Shown here: piece by piece, positions 25,260-38,206 of the stretch | Layout of the letters: each line of letters starts with the position of its first letter | Position numbering within the stretch: the first letter of the stretch is position 1 | Origin: Felis catus | Taxonomy: Eukaryota | Reading direction: 5' to 3' | Assembly: GCF_018350175.1 (NCBI RefSeq) | Contig: NC_058368.1 | Coordinates: forward strand, 97,590,001-97,654,000 | DNA: 64,000 bases | The notes under the pieces: generated by a model | Seen by the model: the letters and a program-made list of their open reading frames with translations, nothing else | Told to the model about the DNA's origin: nothing | The model's database searches: none | Made by a program: the position numbers and the translations under genes

Positions 25260-25460
25260 ACATTGATAGTTATTTTCTTTGCTTACTGTTTCCTTATACA
25301 AGGATCTGTTTTTGAATCTCTTATCAACATTCTGGAGAAGGTGGGTGCCCATTTTACAGTGAGGAAGGTTGAGGCTCAGTGCAGCTAAATAACTTGTGTG
25401 AGATCAGGCAGCTGGTGAATGTTAATGCTGGGACGACCTATGGCTCTGCAGTCTGTGCTC
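25260..25460 (-). mobile_element. MIR
   Basis: cccattttacagtgaggaaggttgaggctcag. Confidence 0.7.
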
Positions 25461-25779
25461 TTACTGGTTTTACTCTCCTGGGCATACTGGAGCCTGTTTA
25501 CTCTCAAAGTCTTTCTTCCAGAGAATTTGGACTAACGTACATGATCTATTCCCCTTATGGAATCCACAAGAGATAAACGAGAAAGAGGAGGTGGCATTCT
25601 TCTGGAAAGAGGAACTGCTGGTGCCAGTTGAAGGCAGTGACTGACTGTCCCCAAGATGAGTCTTGGGCTGTCTCATGCTAAAAGCGTCACCCAAGGGTTC
25701 CAGGTTTTGATTCCAAGGTGGTGGAGACAGGTTTTTGGAATTTGGAGTTCTGAAATCTGATACTCATCGAAGGGCAGAA

Positions 25780-26320
25780 TTATGAGAAGCCTTCTAACCA
25801 GTCTTCCAGCTTCCTGTCCATTCTTGGACCTGCCACCCAAGTGTGTTGTATTTCTTACAAGTGGAAAAGACCTCCGTGGCCCCCACTTTGCCTATTAAAG
25901 TCTGAACTGTCTTTACTTTGGTGTTCAGAGCTCCTCATGGCTTGCTTCACCATGTATCCTCCCTCCTACTTGTCCCCACTGCTCATGCCATCTGGAATAC
26001 TCCACAGTTCTCTGGATTGGTTGGTTCCTACTGACTGTAATTCCCTGACCCCCTTCTCTACTGGACCAGCTCCTATTCAACCCTCAAGCCCCAGTGAAAT
26101 GTCCTTTCCTTTGGGAAGCCTTCTCTGGTCCTCCCTCAGCAGTCACAGTTGCTTCCTTCTCTGGATTTTCATGACTCTTTCTACGCACCTCAGTTATATG
26201 TGATTTTGTCAGTTATTTAAGTGCCTTAGCTCCTTCAGGCTGGACAGTATGGAGTACCATCATTATATCTTGTCACCCAATTCTGTATCTGGCATGGAAG
26301 AGGCCCTTGGGAATGTGGGA
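25780..26320 (+). mobile_element. L2 fragment
   Basis: tcctattcaaccctcaag..ttgggaagccttctct..tctggcatggaagaggccc. Confidence 0.6.
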
Positions 26321-26989
26321 AGACAAATTTTTCCCTAGAACTCTCATCTATGATTTATAACAATCTTCAACAAATCATCTTTATACGGAAAAGGATTGGA
26401 TCTGACCTGGAAGTATTAAGGCACATATTTGTAACATGCCGGAAGTGTAGTCCTGTTTCTTCCAGTAAAATATATCCCAAGTATCAGCCAAGATTCCAAG
26501 GATTTTCCCACTGTGCTGCTTCTCCAGTCCAGTATTGCATCTAACTGTTTTGTGTTGGGGGAGGTGTAAGAACATGCAAGTCCAGGAACTAGAGAGGGAT
26601 AGATGTTCCTAGGAATTTTCTGGTTTGTCCTCAGGAAAGAAGAGAACACTTAGATTACATAATCTATGTGATTACTGTAATCACATAATAAGTGATTTCT
26701 AAGATCTCATCAAACTCTGAAATACTTTTAGTTGTTTTATCCTCATCTTAGCAAATAAGAGGAAGGAAGGGTTGATTATTTTCTCTGTAGATATTTTGAA
26801 TCAGAGGGCCAAATTGGGTGACCTATTTGGGGTCAGGCTGGCCAGTGCATTGAACTTGACCTTCACACCACTTGTATGTCCAGGTCATTTGGTTCTGAGG
26901 TGTGGCTTTCCTGCAACTGCTTGCTGGCATCTTGTGCACTAAAGATCCCCATGATTTCAGGGGTGACAATGTCAAAAGGCTTATATTCC

Positions 26990-27185
26990 AGGGGCCCCTG
27001 GGTGGCTCACTTAGTTGGTCATCTGACTCTTGATTTTGGCTTAAGTTGTGATCTCACAGTCTGGGAGTTTGAGCAGCGCAAAACCTGCTTGGGATTCTCT
27101 GTCTCCCTCTCTCTCTGCCGCTCCCCTGTTGACTCTCTAAATAAATAAGTAAATAAACATTTAAAAAGAAAAACAATTTTAAAAA
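26990..27185 (+). mobile_element. CanSINE
   Basis: TSD aaaaggcttatattccag. Confidence 0.93.
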
Positions 27186-27599
27186 GGCTTATATTCCAGA
27201 GATAATTCAGAAATATCCACATTCTTTTATTAGAGAAAATAATTTCTAGAGAACCCTGATTAGTTTTTTTTTTTTCCTCTCCTCTGCTTGTAGTATGTTT
27301 CCTGGTAGTCACTGGGTGAAAGTTAAAAATAAACATACACTTTTCAATAGGAGGGATGGACTGAAAATGACTGGTGTTTCTCTTGAGAAATGGTTCTGCA
27401 GAACAGTCACATTATCCACCTGTATCAAGGGGGACAGCGTCTGGCGGTCAGCAGTCTCTCTGAAACTTTTTCCCTTAGTCTTTTATGAGCCCCCCTGGAG
27501 GATGTTGCTCATTGGACTGTCACTTTTTTATCATGATTAGCTGGATCAGTGCATTCACTTCCATTCTGTTTTTTGTCGTTTGCTTTTTACAGTAGGCTT

Positions 27600-28032
27600 G
27601 CTGCGCCTGGATGGCTCAGTCGGTTAAGCGTCCGACTTCGGCTTAGGTTATTGATCTCGCAGTTTGTGAGTTAGAGCTTTGCGCTGGGCTCTGTGCTTAC
27701 AAATCAGATCCTGGAGTCTACTTCAGATTCTGTGTCTCTCTTTCTCTCTGCCCCTCTCCTGCTCGCGTTCTGTCTCTGTCTCTCAAAAATAAATTTAAAA
27801 TGTTAAAAAATTAAAAATTAAAGTAGGTTTGATGCCCATGTAGGGAGCCCAGCACAGGGCTTGAACTCACAACCCTCTGATCAAGACCTGAACTGAGATC
27901 AAGAGTTGGACACTTAACGGACTGAGCCACCCAGGCAGCTATATTCATTTCCATTTTTTTTGTTTTGAGAGAGAGAAAGAGGGTGCAAGTGAGCAAGGGG
28001 CAGAAAGAAACAGAATCCCAGGAGGGGCAGAG

Positions 28033-28083
<51 letters not shown>

Positions 28084-28247
28084 CAGGGCTCATCTGAAAC
28101 GGAACTTGTGATTTTACCCAAACCAGGGCTCATGTTCACCTGAATCGGGGCTTGAGCTCACCTTATGTGGGACTTGAACTCACGAACTGTGAGATCATGA
28201 CCTGAGCCAAAGTCAGATGCTTAAAGACTGAGCCACTCAGGCACCCT
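27600..28247. mobile_element. CanSINE cluster: one plus copy (27600-27820) and two minus copies (27821-27938, 27952-28247)
   Basis: SINE heads and bodies; the last has internally repeated gggctc units and (GA)n. Confidence 0.9.
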
Positions 28248-28834
28248 CCCCCCATACTTAACACTTAAAAGTGTATGATCTAAGATGGGTCATCTTCAAA
28301 AATGAAAACCCAAAATAGCAAAGCCAAGCAAGTCTCCTGCTATATGCTGAGGAGGGACGAAGAAAAGTAAAAATATTCCTGAACTTTCTCCCTGCCCTAA
28401 TTTTCCACCCGCTTTGAGAGAGAGAGAGAGCGAGCTCCTAGTTGGGATTTCTCACTTCTGGGTGGAAATCTGATATTGTAAACTGTTATGCTTCGAGCCA
28501 TTAGGAACTGTAATTTCTGTCTTCATTCATTTGATTTTATTATGTTTTAGAACTTTGTTTGAAAAGACCCACCTGTCTCTTCTGCTTCTCTTCTCTGGAA
28601 AGGGGTCCTCCTGCACCCTCGAGTCCTACAGAGCAGAAACCACACACTAGGAAATTGGGGAACCAGAGGCTGGTTCCCTGGCAGATTCCTTTAGGGGAAC
28701 AGCTCTGTAGCCAGAATAAACATTCCAATTCAGTTAGAGATAACTTCTTGGTTTTCTATTACCTATGCCAGTGAGGTCATGAAGAATATGCTCACTTTAA
28801 TGAGCGTCGTGTTTTGTTTAAAGTGTGTGTTGTC

Positions 28835-28940
28835 TGATTCTGTGTCTTTCTCTCTCTCTGCCCCTCCCCCGTTCATGCTCTGTCTCTCTCTGTCTCAAAA
28901 TAAATAAACGTTAAAAAAAATTAATAAAAATTAAAAAAAA
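28835..28940 (+). mobile_element. 5'-truncated CanSINE
   Basis: 3' half only; TSD taaagtgtgtgttgtctg. Confidence 0.92.
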
Positions 28941-29395
28941 TAAAGTGTGTGTTGTCTGGCAGAAAATGCTCAAGAGTTCAGAAGCCTGTGGACTGGGTCT
29001 CAATTAATGTTTTGCTACTGATGGCATGTTACACAGAAAACACTTTGCCTCCTTCTTTCTGCCTCTGCTGTCCCTGAGGAGTACATTGTGACCTGTGTGC
29101 TCTGGAATGGGCTCAGTTGTACCTGATTGTTGTACCTCAGTTGTACCTGCACCTCTTGTGGATAAATGCAGCTGTTTATTTTGAGTTGAATCCCAGATCC
29201 TTCAAAGATTGGACAATACTTTCTCTTCCTCCATCTTGTGGGTGCATGTCGGTCAAGTAAATCCAAAGCAATACATAACAGCACAGAAAATCAGAAGGGT
29301 CAAATGCTTGTTTCAAACAAATAAAGCAGAAAGGAAAAACAAGTTGAGTTTCAACAGAAGTTTCACACAACGTGTGTTAAGGAAAAAGAGTAACC

Positions 29396-29612
29396 GGGGT
29401 GCCTGGGTGGCTCAGTTGGATAAGCATCCCACTTCGGCTCAGGTCATGATCTCACGTTTTGTGGGTTTGAGCCCTGCGTCAGGCTCTGTGATGACAGCTC
29501 AGAGCCTGAGTCCTGCTTCTGATTCTATGTATCTCTCTCTCTCTTCCCCTCTCCCACTCGTACTCTGTCTCTCTCAAAAGTAAATAAACATTAAAAAAAA
29601 AGAAAAGAAAAA
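29396..29612 (+). mobile_element. CanSINE
   Basis: TSD gaaaaagagtaacc. Confidence 0.95.
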
Positions 29613-29959
29613 GAGTAACCATGGGTGACAGTAGGAACTGATGGGGAAAAAGGGTGAGGCTTCCCCAACAGTGGTGCATGCATTCATGAGATGGTCACCC
29701 TTCCTGCAAGGTTTCGCCAGTCACGTTGTTTAAGTGAACCCGATAGCAAGAAGTAAATACAAAACAGCTACATTTAGTTTCTGGCACCTTATGCAATAGT
29801 TTCCCACCATCGTTAGAGGGTGAAATATTTCACCTAAGTAAATTTACCAGGTATAAGTGTCAACATTTCAACCAGTTGGAATGGAAATTTTCTCAACTTT
29901 TTTCTTCTCTGTCTTCTGAATATAAATAGATAGCACTCCCCGATATAAATAGACTGCAC

Positions 29960-30410
29960 TCCTTCCTTCTGAGGGCTCGAGGATTTTTCTAAGAGACAAA
30001 TCCCATTCTGTCATTCTCCAGCTTGAAAATCTCAAAAGTGTTTTCAGGATCAAGTTCAAACTCCTTCACCTAACATAATAAAGGTCTGATGATCTGGTTC
30101 TAGTCCAACTTTCCAGCCTCATGCCCTTCCCCTCTTCCAAAGGCACTCTGTGCTGCAGCCGCTGTGAACTATTTCTTATGGTTAAATGAATTTGAACTGT
30201 TATATCTCTTGTTCCTTCTGGTTGGATTGCCTAACCCCCAGGCAATTTGGCTGATTCCTCTGGACTTCACTTTGAGATGTGTTCAAGTATACCCCCATTC
30301 CCTGTAAACCCTGGTGCCCCCAAATAAATTAGATGCTGCTTTTCAGGATTCCCCCAGGGCCTCTATCACAGCACTTACTACTATGCTGTAATTGTGAGAC
30401 TCTTGGCCGC
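29960..30410 (+). mobile_element. L2 fragment
   Basis: aggatcaagttcaaactcctt..tgatctggttctagtccaactttccagcctcat..ctctatcacagcactta. Confidence 0.7.
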
Positions 30411-30436
30411 CTCCCCAACCAACAATAATCATAATA

Positions 30437-30927
30437 TAGACGATTCTTGACCTACCTTGGGGCTATAGCTCAGTAAACCCATTGTAAGTTGAAAATATCA
30501 TTAAGTCAGAAATACCTTCAATACGCCTAAGCTACTGAACATCGTACCTGAGCCTAGCTTACCTTAAGTGTGCTCAGAATATTATACTTACATTAATCTA
30601 CAGCTGGGCAATATCGTCTAACACAAAGACTTTCATTAAGTGGTGAATGTCCCATGTAATTTATTATTGATTACTGTACTGAAAGTGAAAAATGGAATAG
30701 TTGTAAGTGTATCACTTGTTTACCCTGGTGACCCCATAGCTGCCTCTGAGTTCAGGGTACCTCTGCCGTCCAACATCTCGAGAGAATATCATACATGTAA
30801 TGCTAGCCCAAGAAAAGATCCGAATTCAAAATTTGAAGTACAGTGTTAGCTGAATGCATATCACTTTAGCACCATTGTAAAGTTGAAAAATTGTCTATTT
30901 GAACCATCCTAAGTCGGGAACTATCTG
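30437..30927. mobile_element. MER47/Tigger5-like TcMar-Tigger element
   Basis: taaacccattgtaagttgaaaatatc..aaccatcctaagtcgggaactatctg followed by TA; inverted termini. Confidence 0.85.
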
Positions 30928-31049
30928 TAGCTAGCATTTATTGAGCAGTTACTAAACACTAGGTGCTTGTCTAAGGGTTTTATTTGTAGTAACTCATTTA
31001 ATCCCCACAGTAACACTTTACATTAGAAGCTAACGGGGGGGGGGGGGGC

Positions 31050-31510
31050 GGGCGCCTGGGTGGCTCAGTCGGTTAAGCGTCTGACTTCAGCTCAGGTCAC
31101 AATCTTGCGGTCCGTGAGTTCGAGCCCCGCATCGGGCTCTGGGCTGATGGCTCAGAGCCTGGAGCCTGCTTCCGATTCTGTGTCTCCCTCTCTCTCTGCC
31201 CCTCCCCCGTTCATGCCCTGTCTCTCTCTGTCTCAAAAATAAATAAAACATTAAAAAATTTTTTTTTAGGAAGCTAACTGGGTTAGGGTGCCTGAGTGGA
31301 TCTGTCGGTTGAGCCTCCAACTCTTCATTTGGCTCAGGTCATGATCTCATGGTGATCTCACGGTTCGTGGGGTTGAACCCTGAGTTGGGCTCCATGCTGG
31401 TGTTGGTGTGCCTGCTTGGGATTGTCTCTCTCTCTATCTCCCTCTGCCCCTACTCCGCTCACACTCTTTCTCTTTCTCTCAAAATAAATAAACTTAAAAA
31501 AAAAAAAGAA
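31050..31510 (+). mobile_element. two CanSINEs within a MIR remnant
   Basis: heads at about 31050 and 31286; poly(G) upstream. Confidence 0.93.
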
Positions 31511-31632
31511 GAAGAAGCAGCTGAGTCACAGGATGCTGTTTAACTTGACTGCCTCCTCCTAGTTGATTGCCAGGTTTGGTGTGATCTATATTAATCTTAC
31601 CTTGATTAGTAAGAAAAATATTTTATTGACTG

Positions 31633-31835
31633 CTTTTTTTAATGTTTATTTTTTAGAGAGAGAGAGAAAGAGACAGAGACAGAATGCGAGTAAGGGAGGG
31701 GCAGAGAGAGAGGGAGACACAGGCTCCAGGCTCTGAGCTGTCAGCACAGAGCCCGATGCAGGGCTCCAACCCATTGTGAGATCGTGACCTGAACCTAAGT
31801 TGGGTGCTCAAGTGACTGAGCCACCTTGGTGCCCC
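31633..31835 (-). mobile_element. CanSINE
   Basis: reverse SINE body. Confidence 0.92.
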
Positions 31836-32324
31836 TATTGTCTTCTTATTTAAACACAGACTGAATTGCCAAGAGAAAAGGACTTGTGGGGAGGGGGTTA
31901 GAAAGTGAACTGCTGCAGAAGGTGGTGATGACCTTCAGGAAACTTCTAACTCTCCATGACCCGAGCCCTTTCCCTGCTGCGACTCATGGTATAACCCTAG
32001 GCAAAGTCCTTAAAGCCTTCAGAATCTGTACCAAACATGAGGTATATCACTATTACTGACTTGTTGGGAATGTTGTGAAATTAAGGACCGTGATTACATG
32101 AACTTATTTCTATTAGATGATTGTAGCATAACTGCCCTGGTTTGTTTTTTTTTTTTCAGGGAATAATTTCTTTTCAATAAACTGAGAGTATCCCTTTAGA
32201 AACTACTTTAAGTCATCTTCTGTATAAATCTGGCAGCACAAGTTTCTTTTTAGGATGCCTCAGGGAGCAATTCAATACCTCTCTGTTTAATACAATTCTA
32301 TTTAAGTGAATCATTTTCCTAAAT

Positions 32325-32542
32325 TCTTTTTTTTATTTTTTTAATGTTTATTTTTATTTATTTTTGAAAGAGACAGTGCAAGCAGGAGAGGGGCAGAGAG
32401 AGAGAGGGAGACACAGATTTCAAAGCAGGCTCCAGGCTCTGAGCTGTAGAAAGATCCTGACGCGGGGCTTGAACTCATGGACCGCAAGATCATGACCTGA
32501 GCCAAAGTCGGGTGCTTAACTGACTGAGCCACCCAGTTGCCC
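32325..32542 (-). mobile_element. CanSINE
   Basis: TSD tcattttcctaaattct. Confidence 0.95.
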
Positions 32543-32839
32543 TCATTTTCCTAAATTCTAACCCTGTGTTTGAAGCTGCATTGACACAGAACAGAAAAGT
32601 CATGAAGGAAAGATGAGGTGAAAATTATCTTGGAAAGATGACATATAATTAAGTCATTTGTAAGTAAGCCAATGCAATATGCCTTTTATCATGAAATAAG
32701 GAGAATAATATACCACATGACGTAGAGGGAGTGAGGTAAACTTAAAATCTTTAAATGTCAGCTAAAATGCAGAAGAGCCCTTTGAGGTATAAGTTCTGGT
32801 ATTCTGAGCTCATTCTGTGAGCAGAATCTATAAGCGGAA

Positions 32840-33026
32840 TGCTTATTTATTTTGAGAGAGTAGGAGCATACCAGAATGGAGAGAGGCAGAGAGGAGGGAG
32901 AGAGAATCTTAAGAAGACCCTGTACTGTCAGTGCAGAGCCTGATACGGAGCTTGAACTCACAAACTGAGAGATCATGACCTGAGCCGAAGTGGGATGCCC
33001 AATCGACTGAGCCACCCAGGCACCCT
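32840..33026 (-). mobile_element. CanSINE
   Basis: reverse SINE body. Confidence 0.9.
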
Positions 33027-33102
33027 GAAAATGTAGGGTATTTAAAATCTCTTTTTCATATTCATATTAGGGGTTCCTCATCTTAAAAATGAACTGATTT
33101 TT

Positions 33103-33325
33103 GGGGGCACCTGGGTGGTTCAGTCAATTGAACGTCTAATTTCGTCTCAGGTCATGATCTCGTGGTTCATGAGTTCAAGCCCCACGCGGGCTCTGTGCTG
33201 ACAACTCAGAGCCTGGAGCCTGCTTTGGCATCTGTGTCCCTCTCTCTCTCCTCCTCCCCTGCTTGAGCTCTGTCTCTCAAAAATAAATAAATGTTAAAAA
33301 TTTTTGAAAACAATTTACAAAAAAA
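33103..33325 (+). mobile_element. CanSINE
   Basis: ggggcacctgggtgg head; aaaaatgaact flanking repeat. Confidence 0.92.
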
Positions 33326-33678
33326 ATGAACTTTTTTTTAAGAGACCATTTTTCTTACTTGAATATGTTGGAGACGGCGTGTATTTTCTACTTGTCAAGA
33401 AGGAGGTGATCTTTCTAAGTGTTTGTTTCAGATTTTCATCTCAAAAGATCTAGGTCCTTCCTATTTGAATGATAGTATCAGTTCTACTTTTAAAAGTCAT
33501 GTGGAACAAAATTTGTTGAACCTGGCTGCCTCAAATCTACTTCTCACGAATTCTAAAGGTTGCCCACCTTATGTGATAAATACAAGTACTCAAATAATGA
33601 GAGCTCAGACCATTGTTGGGCTGTTTGTGGGAATTACTTTGCCTTAGATCTGGGTAGGCCACAGGGATCTGCATTTTA

Positions 33679-34310
33679 TTTATTTTTTATTTTTTAAAAA
33701 AGTATTTATTTAAGTTCAAGTTAGTTAACATACAGTATAGTATTGGTTTCATGAGTAGAAAACAGTGATTCATCACTTACTTATAACAAACCAGTGCTCA
33801 TCCCAATAAGTGTCCTCCTCAATGCCCATCATTCATTTTCCCCACCCTCCAACCCCCATCAACCTTAGTTCTCTGTATTTAAGAGTCCCTTTTGGTTTGA
33901 CTCCCTCTCTGTTTTTATCTTATTTTTCCTTCCCTATGTTCATCTGTTTTGTTTCTTAAATTCCACATATAAGTGAAATCATATGATATCTTCTTTCTCT
34001 GACTGACTTATTTCACTTAGCATAATACATTCTAGTTCCCTCCATGTTACTGCAAATGGCAAGATTTCATTCTTTTTGATCGCTGAGTAATATTCTATCG
34101 TATATATACCACATCTTCTTTATCCATTCATCAGTCGATGGACATTTGGGCTCTTTCCATAATTTGGTTATTTTTGATACCACTGTTATAAACATTGGGG
34201 TGTAGGTGCCCCTTCGAATCAGCATTTTTATATCCTTTGGATAAATATCTCATAATGCAATCACTGGATCATAGGGTAGTTCTGTTTTTCATTTTTGAGG
34301 AACCTCCATA
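33679..34310 (-). mobile_element. 5'-truncated carnivore L1 inserted in a MER5-like element
   Basis: TSD ctgcatttta at 33669 and 34311; retains the gtgattcatcactt segment; different 5' breakpoint from copies A-D. Confidence 0.92.
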
Positions 34311-34779
34311 CTGCATTTTAACCACCCTCCCTTGGTCATGCTGAGCACGGAGAACCACAAAGTGGTTCCTCTCCTGGGTGTGGTTGGCCTTTGCCAGACA
34401 CTGGCTCCCACCTCCCCCTTTCTCCCTCGGAGAAGAACACTTGCTCTGCTTTGCTGAGCCATCCTCCCAGAGGACAGGACTTAGCCTCTCAATTTCCAAC
34501 GCCTTTCCCCCCTGCACAGCACACAGGCTAGGCTATAGCTTTTGGCAAAACTTAATGATCAGGAAACTGGAAGCAAAACTCAACTAGGTGCCCAGGATCC
34601 CTTAGTGAAGGTCCCCTTTCTTGGGTCCTTGCCTTTCATTTTTTGTAAAATAGAAAGTTTCATGGGGGTGGTTTTCCCAAAAGGGATAGCCTGTCACTGT
34701 GTCCAAGCAACTACCTTTTAGGAGCCCGAAACTACTTACGCTTGGCTTGTTCCATTTTTATTTGGAATTAATATGTGTT

Positions 34780-35610
34780 TGATGCAACATCACAAACTTT
34801 AAGAAAGAATGTAAGGTGAAGTAAAATAACACATTGCTCCCTCCCCTTATTTTAGAGTTAGAATAGCTTTCCAGAAATTTCCTATGCATATATGTAAGTA
34901 CATGTGGGATCCTACTACTGTAGGATTCAGAAGGATCCAGAATTCAGGATACAGAATGTAGGATACAGAATTCAGAAGCTGATTCCAATCAATTATATAT
35001 ATAATGTATATAATATATAATTGATTATATTATATAATTTCACAGATGTTGAGATATGAAGAAATGTGCATTTTACAGTTGATAAAATATAGACAGTTAC
35101 TCTTCTGAGATTCACTTTTTTTTTTTTTTGCTTCATGGTATTCAATATTCCAAATCTGTATTCAAATACATATTCTTTAAAAAAAATTTTTTTATGTGTA
35201 TTTATTTTTGAGAGAGAGACAGACCACAAGCAGGGTGGGGCAGACAGAGAGGGAGACACAGAATCCAAAGCAGGTTCCAGTCTCTGAGCTGTCAGCACAG
35301 AGCCTGATGCAGGGCCTGAACTCACGAACGATGAGATCATGACCTGAGCCAAAGTCAGACGCTTAACCGACTGAGCCACCCAGGTGCCCCTCAAAATACA
35401 TATTCTGTATTCCAAGTTTATGAAGGTACCATGATTTGTTTAAGAATGTTCTTATTGTTGAATATTCATAATATTTACAGGTTTTCATATTCCAAATAAC
35501 TCTGCAGTAAACATCCTTGTTTGTGTGTCACTATATACAAGCAATTCTGTTTATGGCAAGTTTCTCCAAGTGGGATTGCTGGGTCAAAAGGTGTGCACGC
35601 AATACATTGT
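34780..35610 (-). mobile_element. L1ME-like fragment interrupted by a CanSINE (about 35177-35390)
   Basis: ctgcagtaaacatccttgt..aagtgggattgctgggtcaaaagg; SINE TSD tcaaa(a)tacatattct. Confidence 0.7.
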
Positions 35611-35778
35611 TTTGGTGCACTTTTATAAGACTCTTGTACTAGCTTCTTAAGTTTTCAGTGTTAGAAAGAAACCAAACACACAGATGAATAGCTTCTGCTG
35701 GCATCCCTTGTAGAGAAAATTTGTGCAAAGGTGAGCGGATACATCTAGTTTAGCACCTATTTTTGTTCATTCATACTA

Positions 35779-35946
35779 CCGTCTTTCGGTTCTGAGGGGC
35801 ACATTTTTCATTTTGAAAGCAGTTCTCAACTGGGTATGCACTGTAAAATGGATGTATACAGGTAATGTTTTAGTCCTTCCTCCAAAACACCTGTTGTAAA
35901 TTGTGTATCTTACAATCAATGGCATTTGGACCTGATGAAATGCGAT
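35779..35946. mobile_element. MER104-like Tc2 element
   Basis: ccgtcttt..gcacattttt..tcttacaatcaatggcattt..gatgaaatgcg termini. Confidence 0.65.
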
Positions 35947-36296
35947 GTATTTTAGTAAATGTATGCACATGTATGGAGATGCCCATCAAGACTTATTTGG
36001 AAATTATTCTCACTCTGATTTAATGATGAAAATAGTGTTTTATTGTTTTCCCATTGAAGCAATCTTGGAAACAAGCCAGAGTTTTGCAGATGCCCTGTTT
36101 TTATCAGCAGGCACTACTCTCCTTCAGAATCCATACATGTAATTTGCAAGCAGGACTGCGTTTACTAAAGCACCCCATTTCAAGGAAAAATCAAGTCATA
36201 AACAGCACCTTGACAAAGAGCAATGCCGTGTCACTTGGAGTTACAGAATTCAGAAGCTGATTCCAGTTCCCACCCCTAACTTACAGAGCAGGAAAC

Positions 36297-36490
36297 TTTT
36301 TTGTTTTAAGCTTATTTATTTTTGGGAGAAAGAGCAAGCCCGAGCAGGGAAGGGGCAGAGTGAGAAGGAGAAAAGCCCAAGAAAGCTCCGCACTGACAGT
36401 GCAGAACGTGATGCAGGGCTCAATCCCATAAACCGGGAGATCATGACCTGAGCTGATACCAAGTGTTGGACGCTCAACCGACTTTCCCGG
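36297..36490 (-). mobile_element. CanSINE
   Basis: TSD gagcaggaaactt. Confidence 0.9.
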
Positions 36491-37479
36491 AGCAGGAAAC
36501 TTATTGTGGCTCAACACGTGGTATTTTGTGCATCTTGAGAGCACAAAACTGAGAGCTCTCCCCAAGTGAGAGCAGGGATAAAAACAATGCTATTAAGTAG
36601 AACCTTGCAGAGCTCACAGGCACACTCGAGTCACACAATGAGAGCTTTGGTGCAGATGACAGCTTCCCCTCCCACCCTGCTGACTTGCTGGCAGTCTTGT
36701 GCCTGTGAATTCTCGTGGGGCAATCGCTATTATTTGCCAGGGCCTTGGTGTTGGCAAGTCGGCCCCTCACATCTGTTTCTCCCTTGCTGTTTAATTAGGT
36801 TTGAAGTCTGTATTTTTCTCTCTACCACTCTTCCTCCACCTTAACTTTTTCATCTCCCAGATGGTGTGCAATACACCAGGCAGGCTGTGCCCGCCTGCGC
36901 TTTGGCACCGAAAAGCTCCCATTACATCAGGGATGGCCTTGGTCCTGGCCTTAAACAGTTGGCACTTAATAGATGTTCTTGACTCTCCTAGCTGTTTTGG
37001 TCTTTCTTCCGACCGTTCTGATAGTGCCCCGACTGGGCACCTGAGCTCGTGTGCTCCTTTGTGCCACACAGAACTTGACGCGTTTTCTTTCTGGTTATCG
37101 GACCTATGCCTGGTCAAAAACCAACAGCATTTGTGCACATGTGTGATAAAATTGTTGAACTGCTTCTTGTTAACGGTCAACTGGTATTGAAGGAGGCAGT
37201 TATGTACTTTTTCAGCTGCTTTTTTGTGAAGTACAAAGATCAAAGACCTCTGCATTTTCCTCCTCTTCTCAAACCACAGTTTCCTTCCTCTCTATTTAGA
37301 GCCTCTGCGACACACATTCATATTCTACTTTCTCACCCTGAGTGGCAAGTGATATCTTCATTTGGCCAACGTGAAATGTGGCCACTTCATCTGTGGCTGC
37401 TGAGTGGATGGTCTTTCAAGACACTTAGAGAGCTAGTAGAGGCGTATGTTGTCCTTATCTCTTAAAGGAAATAAGACTT

Positions 37480-37712
37480 CGGGTGCTTGTGTGGCTCATT
37501 GGTTGAGTGTTCAGCTCTTGATTTCGGCTCAGGTCAAGGATCCTAGGGTCATAGGATCAAGCTCCAAGCTCAGTGAGGAGCCTGCTTGATATTCTCTCCC
37601 CCTCTCTCTCTCTCTCTCTCTATCCCTCTCTCTCTCTCTCTCTCCCCTCCTGCTCGCGCTCCCCTACTTGCGTTCGCTCTCTCTAGAAAAAATAAAAAAT
37701 TTTTTAAAAAAA
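37480..37712 (+). mobile_element. CanSINE (older type)
   Basis: TSD aaaggaaat(a/g)agactt. Confidence 0.9.
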
Positions 37713-38002
37713 GGAAATGAGACTTAGTGGAGGGGTTCCTCACTATTTTTTTTATTTTTTGGTTATGGACCTTTCCGAGAATCTGCAGAAGGCTTGAGGG
37801 TGGCAGGGTGATGCTTGGTAACCAAGGACAGCCATGGTTTGTTGGCACATTTCTCTCCATAGTGATTCCCCTTCAAGAGTTGTTCAAATAATTTGTTAAC
37901 AAGATGGCTCTTAAGGCTAATGAGAAGATGACAGGAAGATTTCTCTGAAGTAGGTTATGACCAAGGTGGTTATTTCCCTCTCTCTGTCTCTCTCTCTCTC
38001 TC

Positions 38003-38206
38003 TTTTTAATGTTTATTTATTTATTTTGAGAGAGTGAGAAAGCTTGAGCCAGGGGAAGGGCAGAGGGAGAGAGGGAGAGAGAGAATCCCAAGCAGATTCT
38101 GCTCCCAGCACAGAGCCTAATGCAGGGTTCAAACTCAAACTGTGAGATTATGACCTGAGCTGACATCAAGAGTTGGATGCTTAACTGACTGAGCCCCCCA
38201 GGCCCT
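38003..38206 (-). mobile_element. CanSINE
   Basis: reverse SINE body. Confidence 0.92.

Noticed and set aside
33679..34310. Fifth ~0.6-kb minus-strand L1 piece as a member of the fixed-5'-end family
   Set aside because: Its 5' breakpoint is about 35 nt further 3' and it retains the 54-nt segment; an ordinary truncated L1.
35659..35730. ttttcag|72 nt|gtgagc exon-like segment
   Set aside because: Stops in all three frames; cannot be supported as coding, and a UTR exon is untestable here.
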